A stretch of 64,000 nt of DNA, from assembly GCA_965219685.1 (NCBI GenBank), contig CBDCOH010000002.1:832001-896000 (forward strand). Direction: 5' to 3'. The stretch comes from Candidatus Spongiisociaceae bacterium (GTDB taxonomy: Bacteria > Actinomycetota > Acidimicrobiia > Spongiisociales > Spongiisociaceae). A model generated the notes under the pieces. The model did not search any database and was not told the DNA's origin. It was given only the letters and a program-made list of their open reading frames with translations. Below, one piece after another: positions 1-9,945 of this stretch (position 1 is the first letter of the stretch; each line of letters starts with the position of its first letter). Position numbers and translations under genes: made by a program.

Positions 1-2
1 GG

Positions 3-299
3 ACGTCGGCCAACATCTGCGTCTTTGCCGACGCGCAAGTGGATCGCAGCCCTACCGGATCCGGCGTCACCGCCCGCATGGCCCTCCGATACGCTCGCAA
101 GCAGGTGACGATCGGAGAGGAGCGCACCTTCGAAAGCGTGGTGGGCTCGACCATGACCGGTGTGGTGGTGGCCGAGAAGGCCATGGGCGCGCTACCGGCG
201 GTGGTCGTCGAGGTGGCCGCGATGGCCTACTACACCGGAACCGCGTCGTTCGTGGTGGAACCGGACGACCCGTTCAGAACCGGCTTCCTGGTTCGCTGA
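3..299 (+). CDS. Proline racemase-family protein, C-terminal part (5' end outside window); probable trans-3-hydroxy-L-proline dehydratase type
   Basis: NICVFADAQVDRSPTGSGVTAR motif, with DRSPT in place of DRSPC; C-terminal AYYTG...F..DDPF..GF. Confidence 0.85.
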   Translation, partial: TSANICVFADAQVDRSPTGSGVTARMALRYARKQVTIGEERTFESVVGSTMTGVVVAEKAMGALPAVVVEVAAMAYYTGTASFVVEPDDPFRTGFLVR

Positions 300-484
300 C
301 ACCTCGCCGAGGGACCGGGCGACCAGACGGTTGGCGGCGACCAACGGCCGGGACCGGGATCACCACCGCGGGAACAGGTGCTTGGGCTTCTTGTAGTTGA
401 ACGATCTGGGGTCGACCTTGTGACCCTCGGATTCCACACGGTGGGCACGCTTGCTTCGTCTTGGCCTTCGCCTTGTGAGCGCCG

Positions 485-613
485 CTAGCCACGAATAGTC
501 GGAACTCCGGCATGGTGTCCGAGGTAGTAAGCGTCCAACTGCGCATCCAGCGACTCCACCATCTCGGCATCGTTCTTGGGGAAGAACATCGATCGAAGAT
601 TTCGCAAGACCAT
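485..613 (-). CDS. Small hypothetical ORF (42 aa, MVLRNLRSMFFPKNDAEMVESLDAQLDAYYLG...)
   Basis: ATG-started ORF just downstream of the nitrobindin gene; below the ORF-track cutoff; no recognised motif. Confidence 0.25.
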   Translation of the reverse strand: MVLRNLRSMFFPKNDAEMVESLDAQLDAYYLGHHAGVPTIRG

Positions 614-644
614 CTATGCCACCGGTGTTGGTGCTTTGCTGTGA

Positions 645-1127
645 CTATAGGAGTTCCTGTGCGGTTCTGCGGATGAGTTCGGCTTCCAAGTGGACCTGCA
701 TGGGCCGGCCCACAGCCGCCATCCAGAGCCGGTAGCGAATGGTGTCGCCCTCCACGTCGAGCTCTCTTCTCGCCTGCGAGACCTCGACGGCGGTCCCCGA
801 GAGCCCCACGAGGCTGGTCCGGAACTCGACCCGGTTGTCCCCAACCTCCCCGGCGTGAACCTCCACAATTCCTGTGGGCTGGGCGATCACCAACTCGGCC
901 TTGCCTGGTCCTGCGGGCCGGATATAGCCGGCTTCGGAATGAAGCGGCTCGCCCTCGCCCCCGGCCCGGCGGGTGCGCTGGGTGTAGGCGAGGAACGGCT
1001 TGCCGGGACCGGGGGTGTAGGTGGCCTCCTCGAAGTACTCGAAGGGTTCGATGGTGGGGTAGCGCCCACTGCCTCGGCCCCTCCACGTACCGATCAGGAA
1101 CGCCAGAGGGGCCAGGTCGGGATGCAT
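645..1127 (-). CDS. Nitrobindin / FABP-like heme-binding beta-barrel protein (DUF1794/THAP4-like)
   Basis: [35 protein letters not shown] and C-terminal MAAVG..[9 protein letters not shown] motifs. Confidence 0.85.
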   Translation of the reverse strand: [160 protein letters not shown]

Positions 1128-1138
1128 CCGGTCCGCTA

Positions 1139-1780
1139 CTAGGCCGGGACCTCGCACGACACCCCGGTGCCGCGCAGCCCGCAGTAGCCGTACGGGTTCT
1201 TGCCCAGGTACTGCTGGTGGTAGTCCTCGGCGTAGTAGAACTCGGGCGCCTCCCGGATCTCGGTGGTCACCGGGCCCTTGCCGACCGCGGCCAAACCCCT
1301 CTCGTAGGAAACCTTGCTCGACTCGGCCAGCTTCCGCTGGGTCTCGGTGGTCCAGTAGATGGCCGAGCGGTACTGGGTGCCACGGTCGTTGCCCTGCCGC
1401 ATGCCCTGGGTGGGGTCGTGCTCCTCCCAGAACCTCTTCAGCAGCATCCCGTACGGAACCACGTCCGGGTCATAGACGACCAGGACGGCCTCCGTGTGTC
1501 CCGTGTGTCCGCTGCAGACCTCGCGGTAGGTCGGGTTAGGCGTGAATCCGCCCTGGTACCCGGCCGCGGTGGTGTAGACGCCCGGGATCTGCCAGAAGAT
1601 CCGCTCCACCCCCCAGAAGCAGCCCATACCGAAGTAGGCAACCTCCATGTTCTCGGGGAACGGGGGAGTGATGGGCCTGCCATGGACGAAATGGGGCTCC
1701 GGGTCGAGGACGGCGGTAGCCCTGCCGGGCAGCGCGCTCTCCTCGGACGGAAGCATGTTCTTGGTAGTGCGTCCAAACAT
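1139..1780 (-). CDS. msrA: Peptide methionine-S-sulfoxide reductase MsrA
   Basis: GCFWG active site, [28 protein letters not shown]. Confidence 0.97.
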   Translation of the reverse strand: MFGRTTKNMLPSEESALPGRATAVLDPEPHFVHGRPITPPFPENMEVAYFGMGCFWGVERIFWQIPGVYTTAAGYQGGFTPNPTYREVCSGHTGHTEAVLVVYDPDVVPYGMLLKRFWEEHDPTQGMRQGNDRGTQYRSAIYWTTETQRKLAESSKVSYERGLAAVGKGPVTTEIREAPEFYYAEDYHQQYLGKNPYGYCGLRGTGVSCEVPA

Positions 1781-1812
1781 CTCGTTTCTCTTCTCTCTCA
1801 ACTACCTGGCAC

Positions 1813-1837
1813 AACACTATTACGACGGATCTGTTCC
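1813..1837 (-). promoter_or_regulatory. SigH/SigR-type (thiol/oxidative stress ECF sigma) promoter for msrA
   Basis: Minus strand reads GGAAC-N17-GTT about 30 nt upstream of the msrA start, matching the actinobacterial SigH/SigR consensus. Confidence 0.6.
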
Positions 1838-1908
1838 CGGAGTCGGGGTCGTTCCCGGTCCGGGTTAGCCTTGGCCCGTACCGACGACGAAGCGGAGGCA
1901 GTCCCGAG

Positions 1909-2754
1909 ATGCGGGTTGGTGTCAGCATTTTCCTAACCGACAAGTCCATCCAGCCGGTTCGCCTCGGTCGAGAACTCGAGGCGCGGGGGTTCGAGTCGCT
2001 GTGGGTGGCGGAGCACAGCCACATCCCGACCAGCCGTAGGACGCCGTGGGCCAACAGGAAGAACGCGCCTCCGCTTCCCGAGGAGTACTGGAGGACGCAC
2101 GACTGCTTCGTGGCCCTGTCGGCGGTAGCGGCCACCACCGAGCGCCTCAGGCTCGGAACGGGCATCACTCTGGTGGCCCAGCACGATCCGATCTGGCTGG
2201 CGAAGAAGGTCGCTTCACTGGATGTCATCTCCGGTGGACGGTTCGAGTTCGGGATCGGGTACGGGTGGAACCGCGAGGAGATGGCCAGCCACGGGGTCGA
2301 CTACCGGAAGCGCTACCAGTTGGTGGCCGAGAAGATCGGTCTGATGAAGGCGCTCTGGACCCAGGAGCGGGCTTCCTACGAGGGGGAGATGGTCCACTTG
2401 GAGGAGAGTTGGGCCTGGCCCAAGCCGGTTCAGAAGCCCCATCCGCCGATCGTGATGGGGAGCATGGGAGGCCCCAAGGCCTTCGCTGCCATAGCCGAGT
2501 TCTGCGACGCCTGGCTGCCGGTCCGCCCCCGTAACCTGGCTCAGGGGATCGCCACCTTGCACGGCTATCTCGAACGGGCAGGTAGGGACCCGGCCGAGTT
2601 GGAGATCGGGGTCTACATGGCGCCACCCGACCGCGACAAGTGGAAGGAGTGGGAAGCGCTCGGCGTCTCGCGGGTGATGATCGGGTTACCCCATGCCCCC
2701 GCGGAGGTCATCGTGCCCCTCCTGGACGAGTACCAACCCTTGATCGACGCCTAA
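1909..2754 (+). CDS. LLM-class F420-dependent oxidoreductase
   Basis: GFESLWVAEHSHIP, AATTERLRLGTGI, GRFEFGIGYGW, PKPVQKPHPP motifs. Confidence 0.92.
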   Translation: MRVGVSIFLTDKSIQPVRLGRELEARGFESLWVAEHSHIPTSRRTPWANRKNAPPLPEEYWRTHDCFVALSAVAATTERLRLGTGITLVAQHDPIWLAKKVASLDVISGGRFEFGIGYGWNREEMASHGVDYRKRYQLVAEKIGLMKALWTQERASYEGEMVHLEESWAWPKPVQKPHPPIVMGSMGGPKAFAAIAEFCDAWLPVRPRNLAQGIATLHGYLERAGRDPAELEIGVYMAPPDRDKWKEWEALGVSRVMIGLPHAPAEVIVPLLDEYQPLIDA

Positions 2755-2793
2755 GCGGGCTGTCCGGACAGGGGGCGCGAGGCTGTCCGCGGG

Positions 2794-3948
2794 ATGAGCG
2801 CAGGGCGGTTGATCCTCATAGGATCCGGGGAGATGGCCGCCCGTCTGGTAGCAGCTCACCGCCGGGGGATCGAGGCTTCCGGCGCCCGCGAGGTGGTGGT
2901 CCTCGACACACCATACGGATTCCAGGAGAACGCCCCCCTGCTCTCCGAGAAACTGACCCGCTTCTTCCGCACCAGCCTGTCGGTCGAGTCGTCCGTGGCC
3001 TCTTACCGATCCGTTCGAGATGGAGACGTGAGGTGCGAGAGGATGCTGGCGGCGGTCCGCCGGGCCCGTTACGTGTTCGCCGGGCCGGGATCGCCCAGCT
3101 ACGCCCTGGGGGTGTGGAGGGAGACCGGGCTGGCAGGCGTGCTACGAGAGATCCTCGCGGGAGGCGCCACCGTAACACTGGCTTCGGCGGCCGCCCTCAC
3201 CGCCGGCGTCAAGACCCTGCCGGTCTACGAGATATACAAGTCCGGCGCCGATCCGGGCTGGTTGGACGGGATGGATCTCACCTCCCACTTCGGTATCGAG
3301 GCCGTAGTCATTCCTCATTGGAACAATGCAGAAGGCCAAGGGTTCGATACCTCGCGTTGTTACATGGGCCGGCGCCGGTTGCGTGCGCTCCGTTCCATGC
3401 TTCCCGCAGGGCTGGGAATCATCGGGGTGGACGAGCACACCGCGGCGGTGATCGACTTCGGTAGGGAGGAATTGAGTGTGATGGGAGTCGGGGGCGTCAC
3501 GCTCAGTGGCGCGCTGGACACGTTCCTGGAAGCGGGAACGAGGATGGGGTTGAAGCAGGTCGTAGAGCTGTTGGGGACCAGTCCCGCCCTGCCCTCCGCC
3601 GGCCGGTCCGGCAGCCTTCCCGACTTTGCCGGAGCCTTGGCTGAGCGATCCGTGGAGTCGATCGCCGGAGTTCTACTCTCCGTCGAGACCGACGCGGCTG
3701 GGGGATCGCCCGAAGCTCGAGAGGCTCTGAGAACGATGATCCTGGAGGTCTCGGAGTTGGCGGCCTCCGGGCTCGTGACTCCTGCGGAGTGGGTGGGGGA
3801 CTACGTGCAGTTACTCATCGACATGAGAGCCGGGTTGCGTGAGAGACGGCTCTGGGAGGAAGCCGACCGGGTCCGCGACGGCTTGGCGTCGCTGGGGGTC
3901 GCGCTGCGTGACACGCGATCGGGAACCACCTGGCACATGGAGGCATGA
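2794..3948 (+). CDS. Peptidase S51/cyanophycinase-like domain fused to a CysRS C-terminal-like domain
   Basis: LILIGSGE, VFAGPGSPSY, ASAAAL nucleophile elbow, IPHWNN, GVDEHTA; C-terminal LRERRLWEEADRVRDGLASLGVALRDTRSGTTW. Confidence 0.8.
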   Translation: MSAGRLILIGSGEMAARLVAAHRRGIEASGAREVVVLDTPYGFQENAPLLSEKLTRFFRTSLSVESSVASYRSVRDGDVRCERMLAAVRRARYVFAGPGSPSYALGVWRETGLAGVLREILAGGATVTLASAAALTAGVKTLPVYEIYKSGADPGWLDGMDLTSHFGIEAVVIPHWNNAEGQGFDTSRCYMGRRRLRALRSMLPAGLGIIGVDEHTAAVIDFGREELSVMGVGGVTLSGALDTFLEAGTRMGLKQVVELLGTSPALPSAGRSGSLPDFAGALAERSVESIAGVLLSVETDAAGGSPEAREALRTMILEVSELAASGLVTPAEWVGDYVQLLIDMRAGLRERRLWEEADRVRDGLASLGVALRDTRSGTTWHMEA

Positions 3949-4033
3949 GAACCGTCCGCTTCGGGTAGCGGTGGTCTGCGGCGGGCTCCGGCCGGGTACT
4001 ATTGGAAGCCGCCGCTGCACAGCGAGGAACCCT

Positions 4034-4309
4034 ATGGGCTACCAGGGCTACGTCCGCGTCAGGGACGCGAACGAGAACATTCTCGATGTGGCCGAGGCCA
4101 CACTCGGTGACATCGATCATCCCGGCCACCGCTGGGGAGGGACGCTGGTCGTCTGGACAGGCGGTGCTCTCGACGGCAAGACGATGCCGGTCGACCTCGA
4201 GGTCCCGGGTTCCTTCCGGGCCTCGGCCCTCCTCGTTCCCGGTCCTGTGGAGGGCCGTCGGCGCCGGATGGCCGTCCTGGGAACCGGGGCGTCACCCTTC
4301 GAGGGCTGA
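4034..4309 (+). CDS. Hypothetical protein (91 aa)
   Basis: GAGGA RBS upstream of ATG; genome-like codon bias. Confidence 0.6.
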   Translation: MGYQGYVRVRDANENILDVAEATLGDIDHPGHRWGGTLVVWTGGALDGKTMPVDLEVPGSFRASALLVPGPVEGRRRRMAVLGTGASPFEG

Positions 4310-4317
4310 CAACCGGT

Positions 4318-4818
4318 TCAGGGCAGGTTCCACGCCGCGGTGCCGTCACTGGAGGCGGCCGCCGCTAGGGATCGGGCCGAGTGCATCACGGTCCCCACCA
4401 CGGCCAGTACCAGAGCGGCGTCGATGACGATCGTCGGTACCAGGGAGAGAGGCTCGATCAGGGACGGAACCGTGGTGGCAGCCAGGTAGAGAATGGCGAA
4501 CGTCGACCACGTCATCAGGCCCGACACGATGAAGAAGGCCACCTTCGGGGCGCCGCCCGAGTTGCCCATGCCTCGATAGATCATGGGTGCGAGCACCATC
4601 ATCAGGCCCAGCCCGAGCAGCGTGAAGTCTCGGGCGAGGCCGAAGAGCGTCAACACAAGGGCCAGCACCACCGCGATGGTCGACGACCAGCTCACAGACC
4701 ACGTCCAGCGCATCGGGCCGACGGTCCCTGTCCAGCCCCCTTCGGAGTCGCGTACGGCTGCATAGGTGACTAAGAGAGCCACCAGGCCGCTGATGGTGAC
4801 TATGGAGTTGCTGTCCAT
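4318..4818 (-). CDS. Hypothetical membrane protein (about 5 TM helices)
   Basis: Several hydrophobic segments; GGAG RBS. Confidence 0.7.
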   Translation of the reverse strand: MDSNSIVTISGLVALLVTYAAVRDSEGGWTGTVGPMRWTWSVSWSSTIAVVLALVLTLFGLARDFTLLGLGLMMVLAPMIYRGMGNSGGAPKVAFFIVSGLMTWSTFAILYLAATTVPSLIEPLSLVPTIVIDAALVLAVVGTVMHSARSLAAAASSDGTAAWNLP

Positions 4819-4968
4819 TTGCTCGCTCCCTGCCTAGGTTTCGCTTGCTCGGTATGGCCGGAACGGCAGCGGGTCGCTCCGTCCCCCTCTTTCAGACAAG
4901 ACGGGACCACCAGGAGTTACCTGATCGAGCGGTTTCAGCCGCCCGCAGCTGCAGATATATTCACTTGC

Positions 4969-5610
4969 ATGGAGACCGACTCCCGCTCCGTCGAGCAGCG
5001 CGTCAAGTGGGTCTACGCGGCGGCTTCGGCAGGGGAGAGCCGCGACCGCTACGACGAGTGGGCGCCGGACTACGAACGCGACCTTCTTGAGACCTACGGC
5101 TACCGGCTCCCGGACACGATCACCGACCACTTCACCCGCTGGGTCAAGCCGCCGGCCCGGATTCTCGATGCCGGAGTCGGGACGGGTCTGGTGGGGATCC
5201 GCCTGACGGATCGGGGCTTCACCGACCTGGTAGGCCTGGACAACTCACCCGCCATGCTGAGAGAGTCGGCCCGCAAAGGGCTCTACCGGGAGCTCCACCG
5301 GATGACGCTGGGCGAACCGTTGGGGTTTGAATCCGCCCGGTTCGACGGGGTCATCTCCGCCGGAACCTTCACCGAGGGTCACGCTCCGGCCTCCGGCCTG
5401 CGCGAGTTGGCCAGGATCACCCGCCCGGGCGGGCACGTGGTGGTGGGAATCCGCCCGGACATCATCGACTCGCACGGGTTCCGTGCCGTCATCGACGAGC
5501 TCGTGGCAGACCGGGCATGGGAGGTGCTGGAACGTACCGAACCCTATGTGGCAATGGAGAAGGTGGAATCGCACGTCCTGGTCGAGACCTGGTGCTTCCG
5601 GATCCTCTGA
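4969..5610 (+). CDS. Class I SAM-dependent methyltransferase
   Basis: YDEWAPDYE, ILDAGVGTGLVG motif I, GTFTEGHAP. Confidence 0.88.
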   Translation: METDSRSVEQRVKWVYAAASAGESRDRYDEWAPDYERDLLETYGYRLPDTITDHFTRWVKPPARILDAGVGTGLVGIRLTDRGFTDLVGLDNSPAMLRESARKGLYRELHRMTLGEPLGFESARFDGVISAGTFTEGHAPASGLRELARITRPGGHVVVGIRPDIIDSHGFRAVIDELVADRAWEVLERTEPYVAMEKVESHVLVETWCFRIL

Positions 5611-5658
5611 CCGATCCTTGCTGAACCCCTTCGTCGGTTTCCCCTTGTTGGTACATTC

Positions 5659-7287
5659 ATGGGGATGGGCGAAGTGTCTCTGGCAGCCTCCGACTCGGCC
5701 GACCTGGCCATCCTCTCGACCGAGGTGACCCTGGTCGGGCTGCTCGCCATCGCGGCCGCGGTGGCGATACTCGTGTCACGGATCAAGGTTCCCTTCACGG
5801 TGGCCCTGGTGCTGGCAGGCCTCGCCCTCTCGTTCACCACCGCCTTCGACATCAACCTCTCGAAAGAACTCATCCTGGGGGTCCTCGTACCGCCGCTGGT
5901 CTTCGAGGCCACCATGCACCTCCCCTGGCACCGGCTCAAGACCGACCTGGTGGCGATCCTCACCCTGGCGATCGGCGGCACCCTCATCGGGACCTTCCTG
6001 GTCGGCGTGCTGATCCGACCCTTCGTCGAGGTGCCTTGGCCGGCCGCCCTCGCCTTCGGGGCGCTCATCTCCGCGACGGACCCGGTGGCGGTCATCGCCC
6101 GATTCCGGTCGCTCGGTGTCGACAAGCGGCTGACCACGCTGGTGGAGGGAGAGAGCCTGTTCAACGACGGAGCTGCCATCGTGATCTTCGGCCTGGCCGC
6201 TGCGGGCAGCGCCGGTTTCACGGTCGGAGGGGCGGTGGCCGAGTTCCTCAAGGTGTCCGTGGGTGGTCTTGCGGTCGGCGCCGTGCTTGGATACCTGGTG
6301 TCCAGGGTGCTGCTCAAGCACCTGGACGATCACCTGCTGGAGACAGCCATAACCCTGGCCCTCGCCTTCGGCTCCTACGTCGTGGCCGAGAAGCTCCACA
6401 TCAGCGGGATCCTGGCGGTGGTGGCCGCGGGAATCATTGTCGGCGAGGTGGGCTTGGAGAACACGTCTCCGACCACTCGCCTGAGCCTGGAGAACTTCTG
6501 GGAGCTGCTGTCGTTCGTCGTGAACGCGTTCGTGTTCCTGCTGATCGGCCTGCGCATCGACATAGCGCAGATGTCCCATCACGTTCCCGCCATCCTGGTG
6601 GCGGTACTGACCATCCTTGTGGCCAGGGCCGTGATCGTTTACGGGACCTCCCTCGTCCAGAACCGGATCTCGACCACACGCTACCTCCCCCGTAGCATCC
6701 AGCATGCGGTCTACTGGGGCGGACTGCGGGGAGCGGTGAGCCTGGCGCTCGCGTTGACGCTCCCGTTCGCGTTCGACGCCCGCACCGCGGAGGTTCTCCA
6801 GGTGATGACATTCGGAGTGGTCCTGTTCACGCTCCTCGTGCAGGGCACGACGATCAAGTGGGTGCTGGACCGGGTCGGCATCTCCCGTCCGCCCGCGGCC
6901 GCCCTCGAGCACCAGAGGCGCCAGGCCCGGCTCTTCGCCGCGTGGGCGGGTCGCAAGGAGCTGGGGCGACTGCACGACGACGAGGCTCTCCAGCCCTACA
7001 TCTGGCAGACACTCGACGATCTCTACCGGGACGAACTGGACGAGGGCCGCTCGTCCATGGGAATACACCTGCGGGACCATCCTGAACTCGAGACGGCGAT
7101 GTTCCTGCGCGTGCGGGCCGACCTGCTCACGGCGGAGAAGGCCGGGTTGGCGGACGCGGTCCGCCGGGGCTTGGTGAGCGCCGAGGTCGCCGACGAGGTC
7201 ACCGCCGATCTCGACACTCGGCTGGCGGCCCTCGACTTCATCCGCTCCAGGCTGGTCCGGCGACCAAAGCACCAGGAGGATGCCTGA
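5659..7287 (+). CDS. CPA1-family Na+/H+ antiporter
   Basis: ISATDPVAV, GESLFNDG, WGGLRGAVS, VQGTT motifs; many TM helices. Confidence 0.93.
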   Translation: MGMGEVSLAASDSADLAILSTEVTLVGLLAIAAAVAILVSRIKVPFTVALVLAGLALSFTTAFDINLSKELILGVLVPPLVFEATMHLPWHRLKTDLVAILTLAIGGTLIGTFLVGVLIRPFVEVPWPAALAFGALISATDPVAVIARFRSLGVDKRLTTLVEGESLFNDGAAIVIFGLAAAGSAGFTVGGAVAEFLKVSVGGLAVGAVLGYLVSRVLLKHLDDHLLETAITLALAFGSYVVAEKLHISGILAVVAAGIIVGEVGLENTSPTTRLSLENFWELLSFVVNAFVFLLIGLRIDIAQMSHHVPAILVAVLTILVARAVIVYGTSLVQNRISTTRYLPRSIQHAVYWGGLRGAVSLALALTLPFAFDARTAEVLQVMTFGVVLFTLLVQGTTIKWVLDRVGISRPPAAALEHQRRQARLFAAWAGRKELGRLHDDEALQPYIWQTLDDLYRDELDEGRSSMGIHLRDHPELETAMFLRVRADLLTAEKAGLADAVRRGLVSAEVADEVTADLDTRLAALDFIRSRLVRRPKHQEDA

Positions 7288-7718
7288 TGGACCTGGTGAT
7301 GGTGGCGACCAGTGCCCGTGGGGATACCCGCCTCCTGCATACCACCGCCCGGAGGCGCGCGGAGGAGGAGGGGAGCGGTCTCCTCGTTATCCACGTGGTG
7401 GGCGGCGAGGAGTACGAACGCCAGGCTCCCCAGATGCGACTTGCCATCCGTGAAGAGATGAAATGGCTCCTCCACGCCATGCTGGTTCCCGCCGCCGGGG
7501 TGGCCGGCTCGTCGATCGGTCGGATGACGGTGGATGTCCGGGAGGGAGATGTCGTGGAGCAGCTGATCGATGCCGTCCGGTCCTCCCGGCCCGATCTGGT
7601 AGTGCTCGGCGTCCCGCAGCCATACGCCGCCGGCGCGCTGGCCGTGGACGCGTACTCCCGTCTCATCTCCTACCTGGAGGACAACTCGATTCCCGTCGAG
7701 CAGGTGCCGACCGCGTAG
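7287..7718 (+). CDS. Universal stress protein-like protein
   Basis: LLVIHVV, VREGDVVEQL, PDLVVLG; TGATG overlap with the antiporter stop. Confidence 0.7.
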   Translation: MDLVMVATSARGDTRLLHTTARRRAEEEGSGLLVIHVVGGEEYERQAPQMRLAIREEMKWLLHAMLVPAAGVAGSSIGRMTVDVREGDVVEQLIDAVRSSRPDLVVLGVPQPYAAGALAVDAYSRLISYLEDNSIPVEQVPTA

Positions 7719-7822
7719 GCAGGCCGCCTCCGGCCGGCGCGGGATGTCTGTGCGTGGTCGGGACGGCTGCACTGCGGATCGGCACGGTGGTTATGTGCCG
7801 CTCCCTGAGTAGGGTGCGGCGG

Positions 7823-8407
7823 ATGCACCTCGTTCTCGCATCGGGCTCGCCCCGCCGGCACGACCTGATCCGCTCGCTGGGCCTCGACTTCGAGGTGCGG
7901 GTACCTGACGTCGACGAGACCCCGTTCGCCGGTGAGGATCCCGGCTTCTACGTTGTTCGCCTGGCCCGGCAGAAGGCCCTCGCGGTGGCAGGCGCGGGAG
8001 AGGTAGTGCTTGGCGCCGATACCACCGTCGTGTTCGAGGGGGACATCATCGGTAAGCCGGGCGATCCCGGAGACGCCCATCGGATGCTCCACCGCCTGCA
8101 GGGCGAGACCCACACCGTGATGACCGGGGTAGCGCTGGTGCGGCGGGAGGAGGGCCGTCCGTGTGTGGATGTCGAACTCTGTCGTTCGGACGTGGGCATG
8201 CAGCCGATGACCGGAGCCGAGATCGCAGCCTACGTGGAGACGGGCGAACCGCTGGACAAGGCGGGATCCTATGCCATGCAGGGAATCGGCGCCGCGTTCG
8301 TGGCGGAGGTTCGGGGCAGTCCCACCAACGTGATCGGCCTCCCCTTACACCTGGCGGTGAGGATGCTCCGGAACGCCGGTGTCGAGGTGCTCGGGGAGTC
8401 CCGATGA
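7823..8407 (+). CDS. maf: Maf-family nucleoside triphosphate pyrophosphatase
   Basis: LVLASGSPRR, LGADTTV, GEPLDKAGSYAMQG, NVIGLPL. Confidence 0.93.
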   Translation: MHLVLASGSPRRHDLIRSLGLDFEVRVPDVDETPFAGEDPGFYVVRLARQKALAVAGAGEVVLGADTTVVFEGDIIGKPGDPGDAHRMLHRLQGETHTVMTGVALVRREEGRPCVDVELCRSDVGMQPMTGAEIAAYVETGEPLDKAGSYAMQGIGAAFVAEVRGSPTNVIGLPLHLAVRMLRNAGVEVLGESR

Positions 8408-9924
8408 AACTGGCCGAAGTGGTCGCGACCTCGCGTCGCGTCGCCTCGACCCGGTCCCGCCGGGCCAAGATCGACGGGCTGGCGGATGTCCTCAGCCGCG
8501 CTGCTCCGGATGAGATACCGATCCTGGTCGGCTTCCTGACCGGGGAGCCCCGCCAGGGTCGGGTGGGGATCGGAGCGGCCTCGCTCTGGGCCGTCAAGCC
8601 GGAGGCAGCGGACGAGCCCAACCTCGAAGTGATCGACGTCGATCAGGCCATCGGACGTATTCCCGGTATCACAGGTCGGGGCTCCCGGGCGCGTCGCCTC
8701 GGCCTCCTGGCCGATCTTCTCGGCCGGGCGACCCTCGGGGAACAGGAGTTCCTGCGCCGGCTCCTCACGGGCGAGTTGCGCCAGGGTGCCCTCGAGGGTC
8801 TGATGATGGACGCTATAGCCGGCGCGTCCGGCATCGGCTCCGCAACCGTCCGGCGGGCGGCCATGCTGGGAGGGGAACTCGGTTCGGTCGCGGTGACGGC
8901 CCTGACAGACGGGGAGCCGGCGCTGCGGGAGATGCGGATCAACGTCCTGCGCCCTGTACGTCCCATGCTGGCCGTCACCTCCGGCTCCGTGGAGGAGGCG
9001 CTGGGGTCGACCGGCACCGCCTCGGTCGAGTGGAAGATGGACGGCGCCCGGATCCAGGTGCACCGGGCAGGATCCGAGACGGCGGTGTTCACGCGCAGCC
9101 TCAACGATGTCACCGGTCGGATGCCGATAGTACGGGAGGTGGTTCTCGACATGGCCCTGTCGGCGGTCGTGCTCGACGGCGAGGCTCTCACCCATGACGA
9201 GCATGGCCTGCCCCGGAGGTTCGAGCAGACGATGAGCCGGTTCGGCTCGCACCGCTCGGACCGCGACGTACCCCTGCTTCCGTTCTTCTTCGACATCCTC
9301 CACCTGGACGGCGAGGACCTGATCGATGAGCCGCTCGGTGCCCGCATCGAAGTGCTGGAGCGGGTCGTGCCGGCCGAGTACCGGGTTCCGAGGGTGGTCA
9401 CCGCCAGCCCCGCCATCGCCGGACAGGCTTTCGCCGAGGCCCGTCGCAACCGCCACGAGGGTGTGATGGTGAAGGCCGTGGACTCCGGCTACGAGGCGGG
9501 CCGGAGGGGAAGGTCCTGGTTGAAGGTCAAGCCCGCCCACCACCTGGACCTGGTCGTTCTGGCGGCAGAGTGGGGCCACGGGCGCCGAACCGGGTGGCTC
9601 TCCAACCTGCATCTCGGTGCCCGTGACCGCCTGTCCGGAGAGTTCGTCATGGTGGGTAAGACCTTCAAGGGCCTGACCGACGAGATGTTGACCTGGCAGA
9701 CCGGAAGGTTCCTCGAACTCGAGAGAGGTCGTCATCGCCATGTCGTGTTCCTGCGCCCCGAAGTGGTGGTGGAGGTGGCATTCGACGGGGTTCTGCCCAG
9801 CCCCGTGTACGAGGGGGGCGTGGCCCTGCGTTTTGCCCGTGTCAAGCGTTACCGGACGGACAAGACACCTGCTCAAGCCGACACGATCCAAAGGATCCGC
9901 CGGATCTTCGAGGGCGGTGGCTAG
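8404..9924 (+). CDS. ligB: ATP-dependent DNA ligase (actinobacterial LigB type)
   Basis: EWKMDGARIQVH (motif I), LDGEA, EGVMVK, WLKVK, ALRFARV. Confidence 0.92.
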   Translation: MKLAEVVATSRRVASTRSRRAKIDGLADVLSRAAPDEIPILVGFLTGEPRQGRVGIGAASLWAVKPEAADEPNLEVIDVDQAIGRIPGITGRGSRARRLGLLADLLGRATLGEQEFLRRLLTGELRQGALEGLMMDAIAGASGIGSATVRRAAMLGGELGSVAVTALTDGEPALREMRINVLRPVRPMLAVTSGSVEEALGSTGTASVEWKMDGARIQVHRAGSETAVFTRSLNDVTGRMPIVREVVLDMALSAVVLDGEALTHDEHGLPRRFEQTMSRFGSHRSDRDVPLLPFFFDILHLDGEDLIDEPLGARIEVLERVVPAEYRVPRVVTASPAIAGQAFAEARRNRHEGVMVKAVDSGYEAGRRGRSWLKVKPAHHLDLVVLAAEWGHGRRTGWLSNLHLGARDRLSGEFVMVGKTFKGLTDEMLTWQTGRFLELERGRHRHVVFLRPEVVVEVAFDGVLPSPVYEGGVALRFARVKRYRTDKTPAQADTIQRIRRIFEGGG

Positions 9925-9945
9925 TTGCTGGTTGCTAGTTGATGG
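9921..9945 (+). repeat. Short degenerate heptamer array (CTAGTTG/CTGGTTG x3) at the ligase stop
   Basis: ctagttg ctggttg ctagttg. Confidence 0.5.

Noticed and set aside
5776-7272. Long antisense or alternate-frame ORFs (also 8269-9948, 36770-38149, 52943-54256, 60318-61733, 62755-63843)
   Set aside because: Shadows of well-supported genes in high-GC DNA, with no motifs.
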